Source: Macrostomum hystrix (lineage: Eukaryota > Animalia > Platyhelminthes). From it: a stretch of 64,000 nucleotides of DNA. The notes beneath the pieces were generated by a model. The model saw only the letters and a list, made by a program, of their open reading frames with translations, was not told the origin of the DNA and ran no database searches. Both the position numbers and the translations under genes were made by a program. The stretch covers positions 16,926,001 to 16,990,000 of the forward strand of contig CATNEN010000038.1 of NCBI GenBank assembly GCA_950097015.1, in the 5' to 3' direction. Positions within the stretch are counted from its first letter, which is position 1. Each line of letters opens with the position of its first letter. This document shows positions 25,896 through 36,300 of the stretch, piece by piece.

Positions 25896-26719
25896 ATATT
25901 TTAAGTACCCAACCTTTAATGGACAGAGAATTGATTAGATTCATCGTCGGAAAACTTCAACACAGAATAAAGTGTTATAAGCAATGAATAAGTTTTAGCA
26001 AGGCCTTCGATGTACTGTAGCTGGATAAGAATCAGAATTAAGTTATTAATTGGAAATCAATGACGCGCAGCATTTCTTGATGACGGCCCTGCTGTCCAAG
26101 CTTGGCCATCATGAGTTAGCGAGGGGAAATGAAAAAGTCCGGTCCATATAGTTAATGACGACGGAATTCCAAGCAGAAAGTTTCTCTGCATGGCTGTGTT
26201 GCTTTTTTGCTTTCATCAAAAAGACCAGGAATAGTTATCCATTGGTGGGTGTTTTATTTCTTCCTGAAGCCCCTTTTTTATAACTTCCTTTTCCAATGTT
26301 GGCTTTGGGCTATTGTGGGCAAATGGAAAGGACATGAAGATTAACTTCCCTTTCAGTTTTTTTATTTATTTGCCGAAGTTTGTTTTTGGGAGGCTTTTTA
26401 ACCGAGTGGTCCTAAGTTCGAACCTCTGACCTGTGAAAACCATTTTTATCCTTGATCAGTGCACTTTATTCACAATTGCTTGCATTAAAAAACCCATTAC
26501 AAACCTCATCTCCTAGCTGTGTCATCTCCTGTCCATTGCATCGTTAATCAGCTTTGGCACTCACCTGGCTTAATTTGGCAATCTATAATATATAATAAAT
26601 ATAGGAGGTTGTAGCTTTGTATTTGAAGACTTGAAGGTCGCGGGTTCGATTCCCGACTTCACTGAAACCATTTGTGCCCTTTTGCAAGACAGCCGCAGCT
26701 ATTGCCGCCACAGCCTTCT

Positions 26720-26880
26720 CAATTAACCCCAGAAAATGCTGGTACCCATTTAAAAGCTGGTTGAACTGAAGCAATGCAGAGTTAACACTTTTGCTAAAAG
26801 CCACAAATTTTTCTAGTCGAGTCGGGAATCGAACCTCTGACCTTCAAGTCCTGAGTCAAACGATCTAACAACAAGGCTAC
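26720..26880 (-). mobile_element. tRNA-derived SINE family A (CORE-like central domain); a second + strand head lies at about 26625-26690
   Basis: B box GGTTCGATTCC followed by ..GTTAACTCTGCATTGCTTCAGTTCAACCAGCTTTTAAATGGGTACCAGC, which resembles the CORE-SINE consensus; recurs at four other sites in the window. Confidence 0.75.
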
Positions 26881-27040
26881 AAGCTCCTTAAGCAAACTAC
26901 TGTACGTAGACGAGTACATACAAGCGCCTGTTTGGCAATACCGGCCACCAAGTTCATGCAAATCAATGCTATAATTTATTGAGATACGGCATGCATGAAG
27001 TAGATTTCACAGACAGATCAAATGGAGAGCGCATTGAGAA

Positions 27041-28927
27041 CTACTCATCAGGTTCATCATTCCCTGCTGCTATAACATTCTTCTGCTGATTTGAGTCGCT
27101 GCACCTGCTCGCACTAGCTGCTCGGCCAGTTTTAGCGGCGCGCAGAGTGTCGCAGAGCATTTTGAGCAGCCTCAGCGAGAGCTCCAGGAGTTCCACAATC
27201 CAAATCAGAGTCAGACCCAGCCACATAGACAGCAGGCCACCGATTTGGCCAATGGTCGACGCCAGTGTCTGCACTGGCCTGTCCACAATTTGGGCCACGT
27301 CGAAGTTGTCCCTAGTGACGCGGACTGTCACGAAGCTGCGCGACACAAGGCCGGTGCGGCTGAGGTAGTCCACAGCCAGAGCCGGGTTGATCCTCTGCAG
27401 CCGCCTGACCTCCGAGTAGGCCTCCCGAACCTCGTCGTCAAGGGACCAGTCGCTTCGATTCTCCGGCGCGCCCAGCGTCAGGTTAATCGCCGAGAAGCGC
27501 ATCAGCTCACTCTCGAACAGGTGAAGCTGCATCGACTGTCTCGGCCACTGGGTCTGCGTCGCCGATACCTGGTAGGTGTGGTAGTTGCATGGCTGCGGGC
27601 AGTGTCCGTTTGCACCCTGGAAGATTCTCTTCATGGCGCAGCGCGTCCGGTTGACCGCGTCTGACAGGCCTCGGGCGCTGAAGTTGTTGATGTCGCCGTC
27701 GAGTCGTTCGCAGAACTGCGACTTATTCGCGGCGCTGTGCATTAGGAAAGCGAAAGTGCAGCCGCACTGCTCCCGGATCTGCAGCTGGCTGAGGCGCTTC
27801 AGGCAGGCCTCGCGCGAGTAGGCAAACGTCTCGCTGCCGATGCTCAGAGTGGACGGCGCGCCGGAACTGCACCTTCCGTAGGGCGGGCCCAGGCGAGTCC
27901 AGTTGAGCGTCTCGAACCGGACCTGCGTCAGCGTGCCAGGATAAGCGTTGAAGCCGTTCCTGGTGACGTCCGGAAACGAGCCCCTGGGGTGAAGGACAAT
28001 GGTGGCGCCGCGCACCTGCGTGTTGACGTCCATCTTCATGCAGTCGTCGCAGTGAATCTCCAGGTCGTGGCCAATGAACAGCCTCATTTCCAATTCGATG
28101 ACAGGATCCCGGACGTCCTCCCGGACCGTGTAGGTGTAACAGTTGAGCCAGTTCTGATGGTAGATACGCCGCCACTGCCCCATGTCTGCGCACTTCGGAC
28201 TGCGCACTGGCGGCTCGCCGGACAATTCCCGGATGAGCAGGAAGCAGCTGCGGATGAGCTCGCGTTGGGAGAAGCCCAGCTCGTCCGGCTCAAATCCCAG
28301 CGGAATGTTGGCGAAGTAGGCGTTGAGCGACAGGAATCCCGGCGCGTAGACCTGCATATTGCGACGCTCGGCTTGGCTGAGGCTGGCGCCGGTCGACTGC
28401 AGGTTCTGGTTCCACACCTCCTGCCAGAAGTCCCGGGGTGGTCGCCAGCCTCGCGCTTTGACCAGCTGATGGCCTCTAAGGGACAGTGGCACCTGGTTGC
28501 ACACAGTCACGGAGGGGAAAGCAGCGTCTGGCCGGTAGTTCTGACCCGGAAGCTGCACAACGTCCCTGGCGAAGTACAGCTTGATGATGAAGTACAGGTT
28601 GACGCTGCACGCAATGATTAGCAGAGAGACGAAGATCAGCCACAGGAACCTGACGGATGCGGTGTCCGCCGACACGATCCTCGGTATGCCGCGAAGGCTC
28701 GTACTGCGGCAGAATTGCAGTAGAATCTCTCGAACTGTTGCCCTATCTGGACGATTCGCTGACTTGTCTGGCGAGAATCTTAGTCGGCGATTTCCTGTCT
28801 GACTTTTGGAATCTTCCGTCGGCATAACGGCGGCGCATTCGCAGTGGTGTAACTGGCAGTCACTGCGCAGCTGCCAGACCTCCTTGGGAAGCTCCTGGTC
28901 ACGACCCACTTGTCGGTAGTTCTGCAT
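27041..28927 (-). CDS. DEG/ENaC (amiloride-sensitive sodium channel family) subunit, intronless, 628 aa
   Basis: FCRSTSLRGIPRI pre-TM1 motif, TM1 (FLWLIFVSLLIIAC), FPSVTVCN, NCYTY, RLGPPYGRC, Cys-rich thumb (C..CGC..C..C..CPQPC), TM2 GQIGGLLSMWLGLTLIWIVELLEL. Confidence 0.95.
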   Translation of the reverse strand: MQNYRQVGRDQELPKEVWQLRSDCQLHHCECAAVMPTEDSKSQTGNRRLRFSPDKSANRPDRATVREILLQFCRSTSLRGIPRIVSADTASVRFLWLIFVSLLIIACSVNLYFIIKLYFARDVVQLPGQNYRPDAAFPSVTVCNQVPLSLRGHQLVKARGWRPPRDFWQEVWNQNLQSTGASLSQAERRNMQVYAPGFLSLNAYFANIPLGFEPDELGFSQRELIRSCFLLIRELSGEPPVRSPKCADMGQWRRIYHQNWLNCYTYTVREDVRDPVIELEMRLFIGHDLEIHCDDCMKMDVNTQVRGATIVLHPRGSFPDVTRNGFNAYPGTLTQVRFETLNWTRLGPPYGRCSSGAPSTLSIGSETFAYSREACLKRLSQLQIREQCGCTFAFLMHSAANKSQFCERLDGDINNFSARGLSDAVNRTRCAMKRIFQGANGHCPQPCNYHTYQVSATQTQWPRQSMQLHLFESELMRFSAINLTLGAPENRSDWSLDDEVREAYSEVRRLQRINPALAVDYLSRTGLVSRSFVTVRVTRDNFDVAQIVDRPVQTLASTIGQIGGLLSMWLGLTLIWIVELLELSLRLLKMLCDTLRAAKTGRAASASRCSDSNQQKNVIAAGNDEPDE

Positions 28928-29796
28928 GGCCCAGACTACTGAGGAATCGTCTATGCAGAGTGCTCTCGCTTTTGAGGGCTGGGGACTTTAACGATTCTGC
29001 TGCCTACATTCCCAAATCCCGTTCGTTCATTGGAGGAAAGCCTCGAGATATGGGACACTTTCTTCTTACTCGAACCCCAGCCCAGCCTCCATCCAATGGG
29101 CGAACACGCTCTGGTCTTAACAATCTCGGCTAGTCGCGAAATGTCCAGTTGGATTTAACAGCTGATTAGTCACGCACTCTACAGGTCGCATGCAAGCCCC
29201 TCGTGATTAATAATAATCGATTGTTGACAAATCGAATGCCATTAAGCTGCATTTTAGCTGCTGGAACTGCCGCCTCGAGCAGGTCGCTGTGCCACCACCG
29301 TCCTGAAGGTGCCGCATGCTTTGATTAGACAACTTACCGGCAGTTATTTTTCAAACTAAACTTATTCGTTATTCTATGGCCTAATCATTGCGTCACGATT
29401 GTTGCGTACCGCTCATTGTTACTTGTTAAGATTGGCCATAGACGAAGTTTTCGTGTTTGGTATAATCACAAGAAAAAAAAGTGATTCCGCCATATGATTC
29501 CGCCGTTTAGGCCATATAATAATGCGCGTGTGTAGTACGTATTGGCATTGAAAAATAAGCACTTTCTTCCAGAACAATTAGCTACATGTAGACAGAAGCT
29601 TTTGGGTAATATAGCTCGTAGAACTGTGCAAAGTTAATCTCATCTATTCATTTTAAAGAGAAGCTGCTAAAAAACAAAAAAATACGATTTAGCCATAGAT
29701 ATTTTGCACATTGAAACGCGGTCAAGATGATGCGATTGGCTTCATTAATAATAATAATATATTAATTTATTACACCCGGCTCAAACGAACAGAAAT

Positions 29797-30040
29797 GACA
29801 GCACAGCACAGCCGACAGCACATCTAAAGCCAGAGTACGGCTGTTCAGTCCATGGACTGGGGGGGATGCCACACCTCACCATTCTTGCCACGCCTCAATT
29901 ACTCCAGCTGATGCTGGTACCCATTTAACAAGCTAGTTGAACTGAAGCAATGCAGAGTTAAGTGTCTTGCTATTGTTCTATCAAAGTCAAGAATCGAACC
30001 CCCGACGTTCAAGTCGTGAGTCCGGAGATTCTAAGCATCT
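29797..30040 (-). mobile_element. SINE family A copy
   Basis: GGCTGTTCAGTCCATGGACTGG..GCTGGTACCCATTTAACAAGCTAGTTGAACTGAAGCAATGCAGAGTTAAGTGTCTTGCT..GAATCGAACC (B box on - strand). Confidence 0.8.
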
Positions 30041-31299
30041 TAATTGGCGCCAATGTCCGCGTGGCCCGGGTCCCACGGCAGATGAACAGAGCCGCCATCT
30101 AGGACGCCATGATCGATCGCTGCCTGCATTCCGCCAGCAAGCGAGCCGCTTCAGTATGCAATTATTTTAATGATAGTTGCATTTATTGTTTTAACAATAA
30201 GATGTGCTCCATTACGAATCGTCAATCTAAAGTCACGAATGTTGTTCCTGACATTTTTTAGAACGCTGAATGAATCCTTTACTTTTTAGCTAAAACATCG
30301 TGTCTGTCTGCTGCTCAGCTGTGCTTAACGGAAGTTTCAAAAATTAAAGGAAGTCATTTTCCATTTTCCATTCACAAACCTTTAAAAAGTTTATCAATCT
30401 CAAAATGCAAAAATTTGCTAGTTTTTTTATTTTCGCTCTATTTAAACGTTTTTTGGTTCAGTGGATGGTTAATGATTTTTTCTACAAGTTAAGCTATACC
30501 TTTGTGGTAAAATCGGAAATTTAAATAATAAAAGTTTCCTGCATCACAAATATTAGTTTAACTTGTGCGTATGAAGCATAAAAAAAGGAAATTTTGAAAA
30601 TTTGTTCTAATGAAACGGGTGTTTTTATGTGTTTTTTTCTCCGTAAATAGTGCACCTCAGAAATGCAATGGGGATTGTACGGGTTTTGTTATCCCTTCCG
30701 GTTCTACACACAGATAGCTCCGGCATGAACAGAATTTAATTGAGGTAATACGTGTTCTCTGTGCTCCATTATTTCACGCATTGCATAATCACATGAGAAC
30801 ACTGCAGCATGTATGTCAGATGATGCTGACTGCCACTATAACAGAGCTATAATCCTCGTGTGCCACTGTTCCGTTGTAATCCAATGAAGCATGAGCAAGC
30901 CAAGCAAGGCTATGATTAGCAGGTGAGTTCGGCTGCAGTTTGATCTCAGTACAGCTTTAAAATGCAATGGTACAATTTTGTGTGTAATAATTTACATGTA
31001 ACACTTTAGAATTTGGAAATTTAATTTAGGACACGTCTCCCATCTGGCAGTTCTATTTTATGCGATAACACTCAGAGTAGGACAGTAATAGAATAAAACC
31101 AAATTTCTACCGTGGGATTCTGTGAATCCAAGTCCCTAATTTATTAGACATTCAGATCTACGTGACTGGCAATCTAATCCTAAAATATACGGTATCTAAC
31201 CTACTATAGATGAGCTTCAAATCCAACTAAACTCACCGGGATAATAATACCAAAGGCAAGGGAATATAGTCTCAATAAACTCGGAAACGAATTCCAATG

Positions 31300-31665
31300 G
31301 ACTGGTATCTAATCCTAATTGACTGGGATCTAATCCTAATTGACGGAGATCTAATCCTAATTGACTGAGATCTAATCCTAATTGACTGGGATCTAATCCT
31401 AATTGACTGGGATCTAATCCTAATTGACTGGTATCTAATCCTAATTGACTGGGATCTAATCCTAATTGACTGGGATCTAATCCTAATTGACTGAGATCTA
31501 ATCCTAATTGACTGAGATCTAATCCCAATAGACTGGGATCTAATCCTAATTGACTGGGATCTAATCCCAATTGACTGGGATCTAATCCCAATTGACTGGG
31601 ATCTAATCCCAATTGACTGGGATCTAATCCCAATTGACTGGGATCTAATCCGAATTGACTGGTAT
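31300..31665. repeat. 21-bp minisatellite
   Basis: Unit GACTGGGATCTAATCCTAATT, about 17 copies. Confidence 0.95.
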
Positions 31666-32606
31666 GTTAGATCCCCATTTTCTGTGAATAATTATCCCAT
31701 TTAGCTGGAAATCTAATCCCAGCTAAGGATCTAGGATCATGAATAAGACATTTGAGGACACTATAGTCAATAATGGGGCACTGACTGCAGTTCACTGTGA
31801 GGAATAAGGATTTAGGATTTAGGATTTAGGATTAAGCCATAGAGCGTCAAGTTCAGTGCGGTATCCAAGCAGCCTGCTGAGGATTAAAAAAAAGAATTGA
31901 GAACTGGGCTACTCAAACTTATACTCTTTCATTTAGCAGTTACCAATAGTTAAAATATGGTCTCAGGTAGAAAAGCAGGAAGAATCGCATTCACAGCAGG
32001 GTCAGAATGGCCAATTCAGAGGTCTATCTCCACTATATCTTGTGCAGTCCTTTGTGCAGTTGCAGCCAAGCAACTCAAAGCGCAGAGCAAGTGAGCAGAA
32101 AAAGTGAGCATGCAGTGCACAGGTGGGCCGAGTTGCCAACTTGGAGCCGCTGCAAGGTTCGCAGACTTACAGACCCACTATCAAAAATAAGCAAACACTA
32201 TTCGCCTAAGATTTTTATGTTTGGTGCTATTTTTCTTTTAAGTTTTCTTAAGAATGGAGTGTACATTTCATACAGAGAGATGGGAGAGAGAGAAATGAGC
32301 TGCATGCATGGCAAGACAGATAAAATGGACTCACTAATATAGTGGCACTATCTTGGCTCTTTGCCTTCAAGCAGTCACTTTAAACAGCCCCCTATAAGTG
32401 AGGCACTCATCAACCTTGCTGAGGTCTATAACTTTATCCCCCCTTTTATAGGCCGTCGCTTCCTGGCAACCAAATCCCAGAGCAGCACGTCCCCTACAGG
32501 GCCTACTAAACAGTGTGTTCCCACCCGAGAAATCAAATCACTGCTAAAAGAAATTGCCCAAGTTGGTGCGAAGGCAGAGTAATCAAACAAAAAACTAAAC
32601 TCTGGC

Positions 32607-32797
32607 ATGGCCGATGAGGACCAGTTAGGAGGTTCAAATTTTCTTGCCACCGCTGCGGACAACCGAATCAGCGTAGTGGCCGACCCCGACCGTTGGGAAG
32701 GACTCGAAGATGACGACAGCGATTTTGACGAGGACAGCTTGGCTGCCGGCACCGCCGCAGAGACTCCGCATCCGCAGAAGCAGAGTCTGCAACCGAT

Positions 32798-32844
<47 letters not shown>

Positions 32845-33283
32845 CAATTAGAGGATCAGGCGAGGCTGAGAATGAATCCTACAGGATGTTCCTCACTCAG
32901 AGAGAGCAGCAGCAGCAGCAGCAGCAGCCAGCAGTGAGGCAGGACCCTCCAGACGACCCAGAAAATGAAAACGATGAGGAGCGCTTTGTTGAGCAGCTGG
33001 GCTCTAAGCTGGTGCTCCAACCAAGTGCCGGCTCGCAGCAAAGATGGGCCAGCTATGACGAAGGCGCGACCGAGGAAGAGGGACCGACAGTCTCGGTTGG
33101 CTTGGACAATCCCAGACGAGGTCCGTCGCAGAGTGACAGAGGTCAGCTGCCTGCAGCTGCCGCTGAGGAGCCAGTGCCCGCAGCTCCGGCTCCAACTAGC
33201 GACACTGGGCGCAATTTTTCTGTTCGCAAGGGTGGCAAACAGCTGGCTAATTTGTTGCCTAGGAAACAGCAGCAGCCGCCGCC

Positions 33284-33319
<36 letters not shown>

Positions 33320-36300
33320 GCAGGCACAACAGAACAGACAGCCAGCAATGAGAAAGTCCGCATCGATGCCATTGGTGCCAAAAGAGGTCTACGCTGGTTA
33401 TTTGCGACTCGACTCCGGCCACATTCTGGGGCCGTTCAGGTGGATTGTCGACGAGGTCGAAGCTCCGGCCACGTTGGAAGATGGTGAATTGACAGTTTTC
33501 GCTACTTTCTCATTATTCCATTGTTACCACGACTTACTGAAGCTTACTACTCAAACACATGTGCTTGATGCGAACTGTTAGATGACCTACTCAAACACCT
33601 GTAACTGATAGGGGCTGTAGGAGGACCTACTCAAACACATGTGGTTGATGTGTACCGATGGATGACCTACTCAAACACCTGTGGTTGATGGGTACTGATG
33701 GATGACCTACTCAAACACCTGTGGTTGATGGGTACTGATGGATGACCTACTCAAACACCTGTGGTTGATGGGTACTGATGGATGACCTACTCAAACACCT
33801 GTTGTTGATGGGTACTGTTGGATGACCTACTCAAACAGCTGTACAAGGTTGGCCAGGTCTTGCATTCTCATCCAATTCAGGCCTATCCAGTAGCAGAGCA
33901 CAGCAGAGCGACACGGACAGTCTGTTCCTCCTGCTGGCCGATTCCGGTCTAGACGGCTCGGATGGCCGAGATCTCGGCAGGCAGAGATTTCTGACACGAC
34001 GGGGCCGGCTGGCTTTCGTCGATCCAAATACTGGGGCCGAGGTGACGGCAACTGGAGGTGATTGCGCTGTACACGCTAAATGTCTTGAGAACTAGAACAT
34101 TCGAACCTTAAATCTAACAGGCTGGACTAGTGTCTAACAGGCTAGTTCAGTGTCTAACAGGCTAGTTCAGTGTCTAACTGGCTAGTTCAGTGTCTAACAG
34201 GCTAGATCCTCAAATCTGACAGGCTAGATCCTCAAATCTAACAGGCTAGATCCTCAAATCTAACAGGCTAGATACTCAAATCTAACAGGCTAGATCCTCA
34301 AATCTAACAGGCTAGATCCTCAAATCTAACAGGCTAGATCCTCAAATCTAATAGGCTAGATCCTCAAATCTAACAGACTAGATCCTCAAATCTAATAGGC
34401 TAGATCCTCAAATCTAACAGGCTAGATCCTCAAATCTAACAGGCTAGATCCTCAAATCTAATAGGCTAGATCCTCAAATCTAACAGACTAGATCCTCAAA
34501 TCTAATAGGCTAGATCCTCAAATCTAACAGGCTAGATCCTCAAATCTAACAGGCTAGATCCTCAAATCTAATAGGCTAGATCCTCGAATCTAACAGGCTA
34601 GATCCTCAAATCTAATAGGCTAGATCCTCAAATCTAACAGACTAGATCCTCAAATCTAATAGGCTAGATCCTCAAATCTAACAGGCTAGATCCTCAAATC
34701 TAACAGGCTAGATCCTCAAATCTAATAGGCTAGATCCTCAAATCTAACAGACTAGATCCTCAAATCTAATAGGCTAGATCCTCGAATCTAACAGGCTAGA
34801 TCCGCGTCGAACACGTGTTTTGAAATTAAACAGGAATTAACAGCAATTAATTAACAGTTCCACTGCAACCCTCACTCAATCAGGTGCAACCAATAGTAAA
34901 GAGCCCCTGTTTGAGTCCTGGCACACTTGAACTCAAGACCAATTTGAGTTCAAGTGGTCTTCCTGTATCTCGAGATTAGACTCCTGAGTACACGCCCTCT
35001 CTTGGGAACCAAACTATTCGTAAATTGGCACGAATACTTTCTATGAAATAAAGGAAAGAAACGACGGGTCTCGGCTATGCCCGCCAGCCTGCGGGCACGA
35101 TTAGCTCACATGAGAAATCTAATGTCGTTCCGAGCCGCGCACAGACTATCGACTGTGATTCTACTCTCTAATAGTACATTTGCGCAAATGACTTATTATA
35201 CAAAAATATATCTCATTCGATTGCCTGGTCTTCATCCGACAGATCGAGCGCCACCGTTGCAGCCGATTCTACTCACAGCGAATCGTCGACTAGAACAGCT
35301 GGCAGTTGCGGCCGGAGTCGCTGAAGCTGCCGGAGTTGACGCCGAGCTCACTAGGAATCTGGCGACTGCGCTGACGGCTAGTGGGGCGTCGCTTCTGGTA
35401 ACTTTGCTGCTCTGGGAAGGCAGAGGGGATGGGAGGCAGAGGGGCTGGGAGGCAGAGGGGATGGAGGCAGAGAGGATGGGAGGCAGAGGGGCTGGGAGGC
35501 AGAGGGGATGGGAGGCAGAGGGGATGGGAGGCAGAGGGGCTGGGAGGCAGAGGGGATGGGAGGCAGAGGGGCTGGGAGGCAGAGGGGATGGAGGCAGAGG
35601 GGATGGGAGGCAGAGAGGATGGGAGGCAGAGGGGATGGAGGCAGAGGGGATGGGAGGCAGAGGGGATGGGAGGCAGAGGGGCTGGGAGGCAGAGGGGCTT
35701 GGGGGCAGAGGGGATGGAGGCAGAGGGGCTGGGAGGCAGAGGGGATGGGAGGCAGAGGGGCTGGGAGGCAGAGGGGCTTGGGGGCAGAGGGGATGGAGGC
35801 AGAGGGGATCGAGGCAGAGGGGATGGAGGCAGAGGGGATGGGGGGCAGAGGGGATGGAGGCAGAGGGGATGGGGGGCAGAGGGGATGGAGGCAGAGGGGC
35901 TGGGGGGCAGAGGGGATGGAGGCAGAGGGGATGGGAGGCAGAGGGGATGGGGGGCAGAGGGGATGGTGGCAGAGGGGCTGGGGGGCAGAGGGGCTGGGGG
36001 GCAGAGGGGATGGAGGCAGAGGGGATGGAGGCAGAGGGGATGGGAGGCAGAGGGGATGGGAGGCAGAGGGGATAGAAGCAGAGGGGATGGAGGCAGAGGG
36101 GATGGAGGCAGAGGGGATGCAGGCAGAGGGGATGGAGGCAGAGGGGATGGGAGGCAGAGGTGATGGGAGGCAGAGGGGATGGGAGGCAGAGGGGATGGAC
36201 AGCAGAGGTGATGGGCAGCAGAGGGGATGGAGGCAGAGGGGATGGGAGGCAGAGGTGATGGGAGGCAGAGGGGATGGAGGCAGAGGGGATGGGAGGCAGA

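Noticed and set aside
26625-26670. tRNA genes (also at 42090, 55400, 59025)
   Set aside because: A/B boxes run into a shared non-tRNA body with no complete cloverleaf evident, so these are SINE heads.
31217-31633. Leucine-repeat protein (GLDPSQL)n
   Set aside because: Translation of a 21-bp minisatellite with no ATG or splice support.
31807-31833. Interstitial telomeric repeat
   Set aside because: The unit is GGATTTA, about 4 copies, not TTAGGG; a short microsatellite.
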